NCBI GenBank assembly: GCA_963847705.1
Contig: CAWKBC010000027.1
Location: 544,001-608,000, forward strand
Direction: 5' to 3'
Source: an uncultured Pseudomonadota bacterium
Lineage (GTDB): Bacteria > Myxococcota_A > Polyangia > Fen-1088
Length of the DNA stretch: 64,000 bases
Positions 1 to 8,989 of this stretch are shown here, piece after piece; the first letter of the stretch is position 1, and each line of letters begins with the position of its first letter. The notes beneath the pieces were generated by a model. That model made no database searches and was not told the origin of the DNA. It saw only the letters and a list, made by a program, of their open reading frames with translations. The position numbers and the translations under genes are program-made.

Positions 1-366
1 ATCTACAGCGCCAACGGCTACTCGCACGGCTGCCACCGGCTCCCCAACCACCTGGCGATCCGCCTCTACTCCTTCATCCTGCGGCACCGGCACATGAAGG
101 TGGCGGGCGACCAGCCGATGGGTTTCACGCGGCAGTTCCTCTGGAAGAACACCGTCTATGAGATGCGGATCCCGTCGCGCGGCTATCTCTACGAGATGGA
201 TCCGCCCGTGCCGGTCAACGTGCTCGAGGGGAACATCATGGGCGATCAGAAGAAGCCGATCCTCGACTACGTCCCCGAGCCCTGGAACAAGTACCCGCCC
301 GGCCCGCCGCCGCCGGCGCCCACGACCGGCGACAAGGCCGGAGGAGGCAGCTGTTGCGGCGAGTAG
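1..366 (+). CDS. L,D-transpeptidase (YkuD-like), C-terminal part; 5' end outside window
   Basis: Frame 1 is open from base 1: IYSANGYSHGCHRLPNHLAIRLYSF..., with the SHGC-x-R catalytic motif of L,D-transpeptidases. Pro-rich tail ends GSCCGE; TAG at 364-366. Confidence 0.75.
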   Translation: MYSANGYSHGCHRLPNHLAIRLYSFILRHRHMKVAGDQPMGFTRQFLWKNTVYEMRIPSRGYLYEMDPPVPVNVLEGNIMGDQKKPILDYVPEPWNKYPPGPPPPAPTTGDKAGGGSCCGE

Positions 367-845
367 TGGTGAGGGGCGCGGGCGCAGCGATCATCGCCGG
401 GCTGGTGATCTTCGCGCTGGCGCCGTTCGCCCTCCACGCGGCCTCCGACGGCGGCACCGCGCCCCCGGTCGGCGTGGCCGCCCCGGCGGCGCCGGCCGAG
501 CCATCGCCGAACGTGCGCATCGTCTTCACCATCGTGCCGAACACCAAGAAGGCGATGGTCTTCTGGGGGAAGAAGCGCCTCGGCCTCATCGCGCCGCACG
601 CGCCGCTGATCGTCACCCGCCCGCGCGACTCCGGCCCGCTCGACGTGGTCGTGAAGTCCGACGGCTACGTGACGGTTCAGACCCGCGCCTACACCTTCGC
701 CGACAACAAGGTCTCCGTGAAGCTGACCGCGCTCGACGAGAAGAACACGCTGCTCGGCTACCGCGAAGAGCTCCCCCCCGACGGCGGCGCGCCACCCGGC
801 GGCGGCGCGCCATCGGGCGGCGTTCCCGACGGTGGCCTGCCCTAG
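354..845 (+). CDS. Exported hypothetical protein with a PEGA-like beta domain
   Basis: N-terminal hydrophobic segment (AIIAGLVIFALAPFALHA), Pro/Ala linker, then VFWGKKRLG..APL...VVVKSDGY, resembling PEGA domains. Start may be GTG 366 or 369. Confidence 0.6.
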   Translation: MRRVVVRGAGAAIIAGLVIFALAPFALHAASDGGTAPPVGVAAPAAPAEPSPNVRIVFTIVPNTKKAMVFWGKKRLGLIAPHAPLIVTRPRDSGPLDVVVKSDGYVTVQTRAYTFADNKVSVKLTALDEKNTLLGYREELPPDGGAPPGGGAPSGGVPDGGLP

Positions 846-961
846 GCGAAGCTTTCCTTTCAGGGGCCGCTGCAGATTCCGCAAGACGGTCGCGGCGGGG
901 CTCACGCCCGAGCGCACACAGATGCTGCTCGAGATCCTCGAGGAGTTGCGCACCCCCTCCA

Positions 962-977
962 CGGGGCTGCAGCCCCG
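962..977. terminator. Perfect 16-bp palindrome between convergent genes (terminator or REP-like hairpin)
   Basis: CGGGGCTGCAGCCCCG is its own reverse complement and lies between the stops at 845 (+) and 1004 (-). No poly-T tail. Confidence 0.35.
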
Positions 978-1003
978 CTTGCCCGTCGATCCATCACCGC
1001 CCG

Positions 1004-2332
1004 CTACGGCCCGCCGGAGACCGGCCAGCCGTTCGCGTCCCAGGCGATCTCCGAGATGCGCAGCGTGGCGGCGCCGCTCGAGCTCCCCTTGAGCGCGTGG
1101 TAGATGTTGTAGGTCTTGTTGTCGTAGGTGATGACCGCGTTGTGGCCGGGGGCGATCCAGTCGCTGTTCCCCTGGACGAGCAACGTCCCGCCCCCCTTCA
1201 TGAGGTCCGTGCCCGCCTCGTCGACATAGGGCCCGGTCACGGTCGTCGAGCGTCCCACGCGGATGTTGTAGTCGTAGGCGCCGCTGCAGCAGGCGCCCCA
1301 CGAGGAGAACAGGTAGTAGTACCCGCAGCGCTTGAACACCCAGCCCCCCTCGAGGCTCCCCTTGGAGTTCGCTCCGTTCGCCAGGGAGTAGAGCGTGGTG
1401 TCGGCGCGGAGGCCGTTCGAGGCGTCCAGCTTCACCATCTTGAGGCCGCTCCAGAAGCTGCCGAGCTCGAGCCAGGGCGTTCCGGCGTCGTCGATGACGA
1501 CGTTCGGGTCGATGGCGTTCCAGTTGTCGGTCTCGCCCATGTTCGAGCAGAGCACCATCCCCTGGTCGGCCCAGCTGCCGCTGTCGAGCGCCGCGCGCGT
1601 CGCCTGGCCGATGCACGACTTGTTGCTGCCGAAGGTCGAGGCCGCGTAATAGAGGTGATACACGCCGCCGAAGTAGGAGATGTCCGGCGCCCAGAGGTTG
1701 GTCGCACCGGTGGCCGTCGCGGCCCAGGCCGGCAGCGCCAGCGGCGTGGGGGCGTTGTTCCAGGTCGTCAGGTTGGTCGACGTCTTGGCGATGAGGCCGG
1801 TCGCGGCGAGGTAGATCGTGCTGCCCAGGACGTAGGCCGCCGGATCGTGGGCGCCCAGGCTCCCGGACAGCGTGAGCGCCTGTGGTGGATTGCTGGCGTC
1901 GTAGGTCGCGCCGGGGCAGGACATTGAACCACCACCGCCACCGGAGCCGGTCGTTCCGCCGGTGCCGGTCGCGCCCGACGAGCCACCTTGGCCCTTGCCG
2001 CCGGCGCCGCCAGTCCCCGTGCTGCCGCCCGTTGCCCGCGCGCCCGCAGCGCCGCCTGTTCCACGCGCGCCGGCTGCGCCGCCCGTTCCCGTCGCGCCGC
2101 CGGTCGCGCTCGCCCCGCCTGTTCCGTTGACGCCGCCGGTGCTCGAGACACCGCCGGTTCCGGTGATGCCGCCCGTGCCCGCGACGCCGCCGGCTCCAGT
2201 CTCGCCGCCGGTACTCGTGACGCCGCCAGTGCCCATCGCGCCGCCGGTTCCAGTCTCGCTGCCGGTCCCCGATTGCCCGCAGCCGAGGAGGGCGCCCATC
2301 CCCAGGAGCGCCATCGTCCGGCGAAGTCTCAT
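1004..2332 (-). CDS. GH43 endo-1,5-alpha-L-arabinanase-like lipoprotein with Gly/Thr-rich linker
   Basis: ATG 2332 overlaps the upstream stop (ATGA). Lipobox ALLGC, TGG-rich linker, and GH43 motifs AHDP, WAPDI, NAIDPN, GSFWSGL, SLEG, GPYVD, APGHN. Confidence 0.88.
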   Translation of the reverse strand: MRLRRTMALLGMGALLGCGQSGTGSETGTGGAMGTGGVTSTGGETGAGGVAGTGGITGTGGVSSTGGVNGTGGASATGGATGTGGAAGARGTGGAAGARATGGSTGTGGAGGKGQGGSSGATGTGGTTGSGGGGGSMSCPGATYDASNPPQALTLSGSLGAHDPAAYVLGSTIYLAATGLIAKTSTNLTTWNNAPTPLALPAWAATATGATNLWAPDISYFGGVYHLYYAASTFGSNKSCIGQATRAALDSGSWADQGMVLCSNMGETDNWNAIDPNVVIDDAGTPWLELGSFWSGLKMVKLDASNGLRADTTLYSLANGANSKGSLEGGWVFKRCGYYYLFSSWGACCSGAYDYNIRVGRSTTVTGPYVDEAGTDLMKGGGTLLVQGNSDWIAPGHNAVITYDNKTYNIYHALKGSSSGAATLRISEIAWDANGWPVSGGP

Positions 2333-4284
2333 GATCCCGTCCTCACGAAGGTGAAGTCGTCGAGCGTGACCGACTGGTTGGCGGCGGCCGTGGCAGTGAC
2401 GCCGATCTGGCAGGTCCCGTTCGTCACCGCGATGCCGGTGATCGACACCTGGGTGAACCCGGTCATCGCCTTGGTCAGGGAGGCGTCCTTCTCGCTGCCG
2501 CCGTATCCCTTGGCATAGAGGTTCGCCGTCGTCTGGCCGCCCGTGCTCTTGGCCCAGACCGACAGCGTGTACGTCCCGTCGGGCAGGTTCGCCACCGCCT
2601 GGTTGAGCGTCGCCTGGTAGGCGGCGCTGTCGGTGAGCTGCCAGCTCCAGTTGCCGGTGTGGCCGCCGGAGACATTGGTATAGGGGGTGCCGCCGCTCGT
2701 GGTGGTGGTCGTCCACCCTGCCGGCTGGGTCATCGCCACCCGGTCGGCCTCGAAGCTCGGGTTGAGCGCGTAGTTGTTGTCGGGCCCGACGGTCCAGGTG
2801 CCGGCGGCGGCGTTGAGCGACCACTCGCTCATCGACGCCATGCTCGGCGTGGTCCCGCTGAAGGTGAGCGGGCACCACTGGTTGTAGCCGAGCCCGTTGC
2901 CGGCGAAATCGCTCCAGCGATCGCCGGCGAAGATGACCGTCGTCCCGGCCGTTCCCTTGACGGTGATGAAGAAGCCCGTCTGCGATACGTGGCTGAAGTC
3001 GTCGTCGGTGTTGCCGATGACGCCCTCGGCGCCGTAGGGGCCCATGATGTTGGTCGCCGCGATGTAGTAGCTGTGCGAGGCGTTCCAGCCGTGCAGATCC
3101 GACGAGCAGAAGTAATAGCTGCCGTTGTACTTGAACATCGTGTTCCCCTCGCGCCCCGCGCCGCCGAAGATGCGCGTGGCCGCGTCGATGCTCAGCGAAT
3201 CGGAGGCGTGCACCGGCGCCACGTAGAGGTTGCTGCGCCCGCTGCTCGACGAGCAGATGAGGTAGGACTTGCCGTCGTCGTCGGTGAAGATCGTCTGGTC
3301 GCCGGTGGTCATGTTGGCCACGTTGGTGACCACCGCCTGCACGTGATCGAAGGCGAACGTCCCGGTCGGCGTGTCGCTGGTGGCGAACAGCTCGCCGGTC
3401 CCCGCCGGACCACCCTGGTACTGCGAGATGAGCACGTATTTCTTGGTGGTGGCGTTGTAGACGACGCCCATGCGGCCGATCCAGGTCCCCGAGTCGACGT
3501 TCGCGCCGAGGCTGGCGGTGGTCAGGACGTCGTTCTCATGCTTCCAGGTGACCAGATCCGTCGACGAGTAGCAGGTGATCGCCGCGAAGCTGGTGTCGCT
3601 GTTCTTCTTCAAGCTGGTGACGTAGCTGACGGCGCCGTTGTATTTGACGCCGTACCAGTAGTACGTGCCGTTGAAGCTGAAGACGCCGCCCCCCTGCGAG
3701 TAGATCGGCGTGCCGGAGGTGTCCTTCCAGAAGGTGTCGTTGTGAATCAGCGCGCCAGCTCCAGGCGTGCCCCCGGTCGCGGAGGTCCCGCCAGTTCCAG
3801 GCGTGCCGCCGGTCGCGGAGGTCCCGCCAGCTCCGAGCGCCCCGCCGGTTCCGGAGGCGCCCGCGTGCCCTGCAGCGCCTCCGCTGCCGCCCGCGCCCGC
3901 GCGTCCTCCGCCAGAGCCGCCGCTCGCGCTTCCGTTGCCGCCGGTGGCGCCACCGCCTGTCCCGCCTCCGGTTCCGAGGGCACTGCCGCCTGTGCCACCG
4001 CCGGCGCTCGCGCCACCGGCTCCCGTCGCGCCGCCCGAGGCGGTCGCGCCACCGGTTCCCGTCGCGCCGCCCGAGGCGGTCGCGCCGCCGCTGCCGGGTG
4101 CGCCGCCGGTCGCGCCGGTCTCGCCGCCTTCACCGGTCTGCCCCCCCGAGCCCGCGGTCGAGCCCGAGCTCCCGCACCCGAGCGAGCAGAGCGCGACGCC
4201 GAGCGCCAGGAACGCAACCGATCGGGGCCGCGAAGCGAGGCGATGCCCATCGAACCGATGCCAGGGGTAGGGGCGGGTGTGCAT
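2329..4284 (-). CDS. GH43 (probably subfamily 24, exo-beta-1,3-galactanase-like) lipoprotein with C-terminal CBM-like domain
   Basis: Lipobox SLGC and a long Gly/Thr/Ala linker, then WKDTSGTPIYSQGGG..YYWYG, CYSSTDLVTWK, GREG, SHVSQ, GDRW. The C-terminal NPSFEAD...LDDF segment looks like a CBM beta-sandwich. Start 4284 (SD-like GAAGGG) or 4299. Confidence 0.8.
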   Translation of the reverse strand: MHTRPYPWHRFDGHRLASRPRSVAFLALGVALCSLGCGSSGSTAGSGGQTGEGGETGATGGAPGSGGATASGGATGTGGATASGGATGAGGASAGGGTGGSALGTGGGTGGGATGGNGSASGGSGGGRAGAGGSGGAAGHAGASGTGGALGAGGTSATGGTPGTGGTSATGGTPGAGALIHNDTFWKDTSGTPIYSQGGGVFSFNGTYYWYGVKYNGAVSYVTSLKKNSDTSFAAITCYSSTDLVTWKHENDVLTTASLGANVDSGTWIGRMGVVYNATTKKYVLISQYQGGPAGTGELFATSDTPTGTFAFDHVQAVVTNVANMTTGDQTIFTDDDGKSYLICSSSSGRSNLYVAPVHASDSLSIDAATRIFGGAGREGNTMFKYNGSYYFCSSDLHGWNASHSYYIAATNIMGPYGAEGVIGNTDDDFSHVSQTGFFITVKGTAGTTVIFAGDRWSDFAGNGLGYNQWCPLTFSGTTPSMASMSEWSLNAAAGTWTVGPDNNYALNPSFEADRVAMTQPAGWTTTTTSGGTPYTNVSGGHTGNWSWQLTDSAAYQATLNQAVANLPDGTYTLSVWAKSTGGQTTANLYAKGYGGSEKDASLTKAMTGFTQVSITGIAVTNGTCQIGVTATAAANQSVTLDDFTFVRTGS

Positions 4285-4469
4285 GGATGGTCCCTTCAAT
4301 GAAGCAAAGGGTTCGGAGGGGCGAATCTGTGCCTCTCGGGCTCCGGATCGGATACTTATTTTGCGGACGTTGACGCCGAAAAAGGCCGCCTCGCAGGCGC
4401 TTTTGTCCGGCCGGGGTGATACTATTTTCGGACTATCTTTACGTGGACTGCTTTAAGCGGACAGAACGA

Positions 4470-5174
4470 ATGAGAGCGGGTCGCGTTGTCCTCTACGGCC
4501 TGTTGGGCAGCCTGGCAATGTTCTGGTCCGCCTCCTGCCAGGGGCCCCAGGAGTTTTTCCGCGACAACGCGCTCAGCATGGGGACCGGCGGCGTGGTCTC
4601 GACGGGCGGCGGGCCAGGCACCGGCGGCGCCCTCGTCAGCGGATCGGGCGGAACCGGAACGGGCGGTGGGGTCTCGACCGGCGGGGTGACCGGAACCGGC
4701 GGCCACACCACGGGCGGCGTGACGGGAACTGGCGGCATCGTGGCGACGGGCGGCGTGACCGGGACGGGCGGCATCGTGGCGACCGGCGGCGTGCCGGGGA
4801 CTGGCGGCATCGTGGCGACGGGCGGCGCGCCGGGGACAGGCGGCATCGCGGCGACGGGCGGCGTGCCGGGGACGGGCGGCGTACCCGCGACCGGTGGGAC
4901 GACGGGCGCGGCCGGATCGTCCGGGACTGCGAGTAACTGCGTCGACGCCATCAAGCTCGCCGGGTACGCGGCGGGCGGGCAAGCCTGCAGCGCTTGCAAG
5001 GAAAACGGGGCCGACAAGTCGATGAACTGCATGAAGGTGATCGACTGTCTCGACACCAACTATCCTTGTGGCTCGGCCAACAACTGCGCCCTGCAGTGCA
5101 ACAATTCGGGCAGCGCCGACAGCATCGTCAGCGCGTGCGTGACCACGCTGCTCTCCGCCGCTGCTTGCATGTAG
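4470..5174 (+). CDS. Lipoprotein with tandem TGG repeats and a C-terminal 10-Cys domain, function unknown
   Basis: Signal peptide ending SASC, repeats of TGG(I/V)VATGG(V/A)(T/P)G, and a ~80-aa C-terminal domain with 10 Cys. ATG 4470 preferred over GTG 4416. Confidence 0.75.
   Translation: MRAGRVVLYGLLGSLAMFWSASCQGPQEFFRDNALSMGTGGVVSTGGGPGTGGALVSGSGGTGTGGGVSTGGVTGTGGHTTGGVTGTGGIVATGGVTGTGGIVATGGVPGTGGIVATGGAPGTGGIAATGGVPGTGGVPATGGTTGAAGSSGTASNCVDAIKLAGYAAGGQACSACKENGADKSMNCMKVIDCLDTNYPCGSANNCALQCNNSGSADSIVSACVTTLLSAAACM
4730..4905 (+). repeat. Coding tandem repeat with a 36-bp (12-aa) unit
   Basis: About five degenerate copies of ACNGGCGGCATCGTGGCGACNGGCGGCG...CCGGG, encoding TGGIVATGGVPG-like units. 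Confidence 0.8.
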
Positions 5175-5219
5175 CGCGCAGCTTGCGCCACGACGAATGA
5201 GCCCGTAACTTCCGGGCCC

Positions 5220-6077
5220 ATGAAAAAGCCCTTTCTTCTGTCTGCTGGCACCGCCGCGCTGTCGTTCTGTCTCCTGGGCGGCCTGGCGCGCGCCGATCTC
5301 GACCTGCCGCGGCCGAGTCCGTCCGCCAAGGTGGTTCAGACGGTCGGGCTGACCGACATCACCGTCGACTACAGCAGCCCGGGGGTGAAGGGGCGAAAGA
5401 TCTGGGGCGCCGTGGTTCCCTACGACCAGCTGTGGCGCGCGGGCGCCAACAACCCGACCAAGATCACCTTCAGCCGTGACGTCAGCTTCGCCGACAAGCC
5501 GGTGCCGGCCGGGACGTACGCCTTCTTCGTCATCCCGACCAAGGGGGCCTGGACGGTCATCCTCAGCAAGAAGACCGATCAGGCGGGGACGGGGCGCGAC
5601 TACAAGCAGGCGGACGATCAGCTGCGCGTGCAGCTGACGCCGAAGGCGGCGCCCTTCCGCGAGCGGCTCGCCTACCTCGTCACAGACTTCACCGACGACA
5701 AGGCGTCGCTCGATCTCGAGTGGGAGAAGCTGCGCCTGGCGATCCCGATCGCGGTGCAGACCTCCGCCCAGGCGCTGGCCAACATCAACAGCACCATCGA
5801 CGGCACCTGGCGCACCTACGCGAACGCGGCGCGCTACCTGCTGGAAAACAAGAAGGACTACGACACCGCGATGAAGTACGTCGACCAGTCGCTGGCGCTG
5901 AAAGAGGACTGGTACAACGTCTGGATCAAGGCGGAGCTGCAGGCGGCGAAGGGGAACACCAAGGACGCGCGCGCCACCGGCCAGCACGCCTACGAGCTCG
6001 GCAAGAAGAGCGACGGGTTCTTCCTGGAGGGTGAGGTCAAGAAGACCCTCGAGGCGTGGAACAAGAAGAAGGCCTAA
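5220..6077 (+). CDS. DUF2911 domain exported protein with C-terminal TPR-like helices
   Basis: Signal peptide; PRPSPSAKVVQTVGLTDITVDYSSPGVKGRKIWG..VPY..LWRAGAN is typical of DUF2911. Confidence 0.85.
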   Translation: MKKPFLLSAGTAALSFCLLGGLARADLDLPRPSPSAKVVQTVGLTDITVDYSSPGVKGRKIWGAVVPYDQLWRAGANNPTKITFSRDVSFADKPVPAGTYAFFVIPTKGAWTVILSKKTDQAGTGRDYKQADDQLRVQLTPKAAPFRERLAYLVTDFTDDKASLDLEWEKLRLAIPIAVQTSAQALANINSTIDGTWRTYANAARYLLENKKDYDTAMKYVDQSLALKEDWYNVWIKAELQAAKGNTKDARATGQHAYELGKKSDGFFLEGEVKKTLEAWNKKKA

Positions 6078-7282
6078 CCTTCGGGACGGTCGCTCAGCAC
6101 CCGGCGGTAAACCGCGACGTAGCGGTCGACCGCCGGCTCGATCCGGTAGCGGGTCTCCGCCAGGTGCCGGGCGGCCAGCGAGAGGCGCCGGTGAAGGTCG
6201 TCGTCGCCGAGCAGCCGGCCCGCGGCCGCGGCCATCGCCTCGACATCCCCGAGCGGACAGAGAAAACCGACCTCGCCCTCGGGGATCACCTCCGGGAGAC
6301 CGCCGACCGCCGAGGCGATCACCGGGACGCCGCAGGCCATCGCCTCGAGCGCGGCGAGGCCGAAGCTCTCGGTCTCGCTGGGGAGCAGGAAGAGATCGGC
6401 GTCGCGCAGGATGCCCGGAAGGTCGACGCGCTCGCCGAGAAACTCGACGTCGGCGGCGAGACCGAGCGCGGCGACCTGGGCGGCGATCCGGGGCCGCTCG
6501 GGACCATCGCCCACCAGGCGAAGGTGGGCCGGGCGGGCGGCGCGCAGGCGGGCGAACACCTCGACGACGTCCTGAACTCGTTTGACCGGACGGAAGTTGG
6601 AGACGTGAACGACGATCGGCCGCTCCGGCAACGGACGCGCCGCGGGGCCGGCCGGCGAAAACCGATCCGCGTCGACGAAGTTGGGAATGATGTCGATCGC
6701 CACCGTGTCGGGGACGCCCAGCGACTCGTGCGTGGCGCGGGCGAGCCAGGCGGACGGGGTGGTCACCGCGTCGCTGGCGGCGATCGAGAACCGGGTGAGC
6801 GGCAAGAAGCTCGGATCGCCCCCGACCAGGGTGATGTCGGTGCCGTGGAGCGTGGTCACCAGCTTGGGGGCGGCGGCCCGGCCGCCAGCGTCGGCGGCCA
6901 GCACCTCGCGCGCCAGGTGGGCGCTCACCGCGTGCGGGATCGCGTAGTGGGCGTGCACGACGTCGAGCCGTTCGCGGCGCGAGACCTCGACGATCTTCGA
7001 GGTGAGCGCCAGCGTGTAAGGCGAGTGTTTGAGCTGGGGGTAGGCAGGGGGCGCGACGCGGTGGAAGGTGACGTTCGCGCGCGCCGGGTCGAGGCGGCCA
7101 GGGACGTCGTCGCTGAAGACGTGAACGGCGTGCCCGCGCCGCGCCAGCGAGGTGGCGATCTCCGCCGCCACGACGCCGCTGCCGCCGAAGGTCGAGAAGC
7201 AGACGATGCCGACCCGGAGCGGCGCCCGCGTCTGGCCGGGCTCGCCCGGCCTGTTGCCTGCCTTGCCGGGCCCAACCGTCAT
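6074..7282 (-). CDS. bshA: N-acetyl-alpha-D-glucosaminyl L-malate synthase BshA (GT4)
   Basis: GGSGVVA, HAHYAIPHA, TTLHGTDITLVG, HVSNFRPVKR, ESFGLAALEAMACG; overlaps the bshC stop. Confidence 0.92.
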   Translation of the reverse strand: MTVGPGKAGNRPGEPGQTRAPLRVGIVCFSTFGGSGVVAAEIATSLARRGHAVHVFSDDVPGRLDPARANVTFHRVAPPAYPQLKHSPYTLALTSKIVEVSRRERLDVVHAHYAIPHAVSAHLAREVLAADAGGRAAAPKLVTTLHGTDITLVGGDPSFLPLTRFSIAASDAVTTPSAWLARATHESLGVPDTVAIDIIPNFVDADRFSPAGPAARPLPERPIVVHVSNFRPVKRVQDVVEVFARLRAARPAHLRLVGDGPERPRIAAQVAALGLAADVEFLGERVDLPGILRDADLFLLPSETESFGLAALEAMACGVPVIASAVGGLPEVIPEGEVGFLCPLGDVEAMAAAAGRLLGDDDLHRRLSLAARHLAETRYRIEPAVDRYVAVYRRVLSDRPEG

Positions 7283-8934
7283 GGCTCGAGGTCCTGCAGC
7301 GCCGTCGTGAACGGGCCGACGGCGGTGAGGCGCGCGAACACCAGCGCCTTCAAGGCCGCGGGGCCCAGCCGACCGGCGAGCGACGGCCAGGCGTAGGCCC
7401 GCTCCTGCGGGACGCCCCCGGGCGCGAGCGCGTTCTGCACGCGCGCGAGCCGGCCCAGGGCCACCCCCTCACGCTCGGCCAGCTTGCGCCCGTAGCGCCC
7501 GGTCAGCCGGGCGAGCGCCCGGGCGACCTGCGCCCGCGTGCGCTCCGCCGCGCGGGCGAGGTTTCGATCCTTGGGATTGAGGGCGGTCGCGGCGGCGGCG
7601 ATCTGCTCGACGGCGGGGGCGATCTCGGCGGCCACCCGCGCGGCCAGGTCGGCGGCGGATGGGAGCTCTGGCGATGCGGTGTGAGGCAGCCGCGCCAGGA
7701 GCTCGGCCTGGGGGCGCGCGACGTCGTCGGCGGCCAGACCGAGCTCCCTCAGCCGGCGCCGCGTGTGCGCGTCGAGACAGCGAAAGCGCCCGCGCGGGAC
7801 GATGAGCGGCATCGCCAGGCGGAAGTGTTCGTAAAGCGGTCCCGTCTGGGCGAAGTAGCTCACCTCCGCCAGGCCCCCGACGTAGGCCGCCGTCGGCAGC
7901 AGCGTGTCCTGGACGATCGGTCGCAGCAGCGCGGAGGTGGAGAAGCGGAGCGGTTCGTGCGCCAGCGCCTGGGCAACCTCCTGGTCGGAGAAGGCGCCGT
8001 CGGCTCCGGTCAGCCTCCAGGCCGACGTCCCGCTCCCCTCGGTGCGCTCCATCCGAAAGCGAGGGCCGTGCGCCGAACCGCGGTGACCGAACACCAGCGC
8101 GCAGCCGGGCCGCAGCGGGATCTGCCGTTCGAAGCCCGCCTCCGCCAGGGCCGCGCCTTGCTCGTCGAGGCGCTGGCCGAGCGTGGTGCAGGCGCCGAGC
8201 GCTTCGCGGTAGATCGGGGCGGCCAGGGCGGCGACGCGCGCCTCGCGGGGGTCGAAGATCAGCAACCCCTCATCGGCGAAGAGCTCGGCCAGGACGCCGG
8301 CGAACGCCTGCGCGATGGGGCGTCCGACGGTGTAGTGGGCGCGCAAGAGAGCCAGCGTCTCCTTCGCGGCTGGTCCGGCCCCCAGCAGCTCGGCGAGCGT
8401 GTCGAGGAGCGCGCCGACCTCCGCGGGGAGCCGGCGGTGCGCAACCGAGACGCGCGCCTCCGCGGGCGGCTCGCCCGGGAGCGACAGCTTGACCGGCGCG
8501 CCGCCGCCACCGGCGACCGTCGCCGAGGCGATCTCGGTGAAGTCGTGGTCCTCGGTCTGCAGCCAGAAGAGGGGCACGCAGCGGACGCCCGACTCCGCCT
8601 CCAGCGCCCGCGCCACCGCGATCGCGGATGCTGCCTTGTAGAATCCGTAGAGCGGCCCCAGGAAGAGACCGACCTGCTGGCCGGTCGCCACCACGGCCGT
8701 TCGCCCTGCACCCAGCGCCGCCAGATTGTGCGCGCGCGCACGGCTGGGCGGGAGGGCGGCCTGTTGATCGCGCAGCACCGGGAGGAGCTGGGGTGAGATC
8801 CGGCGCTCGGCCGCGGCGCGAGCGCGCGCCACCCGGTCGGCGCCCGATCGGAAGTCGAGCGCGATGAACCTGCGCGCGATCTCCTCGCCGGCAAGGTAAG
8901 AGCTGGAGAATGGCCGGGGCACCGAGAGCATCAA
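7279..8934 (-). CDS. bshC: Bacillithiol biosynthesis cysteine-adding enzyme BshC
   Basis: TGQQVGLFLGPLY..YKA, FWLQTEDHDFTEI, RFSTSALLRPIVQDTLLPT..YVGG..E, PQER. Start could be 8934, 8931 or GTG 8922. Confidence 0.92.
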   Translation of the reverse strand: MMLSVPRPFSSSYLAGEEIARRFIALDFRSGADRVARARAAAERRISPQLLPVLRDQQAALPPSRARAHNLAALGAGRTAVVATGQQVGLFLGPLYGFYKAASAIAVARALEAESGVRCVPLFWLQTEDHDFTEIASATVAGGGGAPVKLSLPGEPPAEARVSVAHRRLPAEVGALLDTLAELLGAGPAAKETLALLRAHYTVGRPIAQAFAGVLAELFADEGLLIFDPREARVAALAAPIYREALGACTTLGQRLDEQGAALAEAGFERQIPLRPGCALVFGHRGSAHGPRFRMERTEGSGTSAWRLTGADGAFSDQEVAQALAHEPLRFSTSALLRPIVQDTLLPTAAYVGGLAEVSYFAQTGPLYEHFRLAMPLIVPRGRFRCLDAHTRRRLRELGLAADDVARPQAELLARLPHTASPELPSAADLAARVAAEIAPAVEQIAAAATALNPKDRNLARAAERTRAQVARALARLTGRYGRKLAEREGVALGRLARVQNALAPGGVPQERAYAWPSLAGRLGPAALKALVFARLTAVGPFTTALQDLEP

Positions 8935-8989
8935 CTATACTCGGTCGCGTCGCTGCCGCCCGTCCCGCCTGCTTGCTTGCGATCCCTCC

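Noticed and set aside
3750-4905. Periodic 36-bp repeats considered as a CRISPR array
   Set aside because: The units are in-frame, degenerate at third codon positions, have no unique spacers, and no cas genes are present.
1962-5059. Pro/Val-rich ORFs (PPVP repeats) at 1962-2354, 3767-4270 and 4493-5059
   Set aside because: They are antisense shadows of the TGG linkers in real lipoprotein genes.
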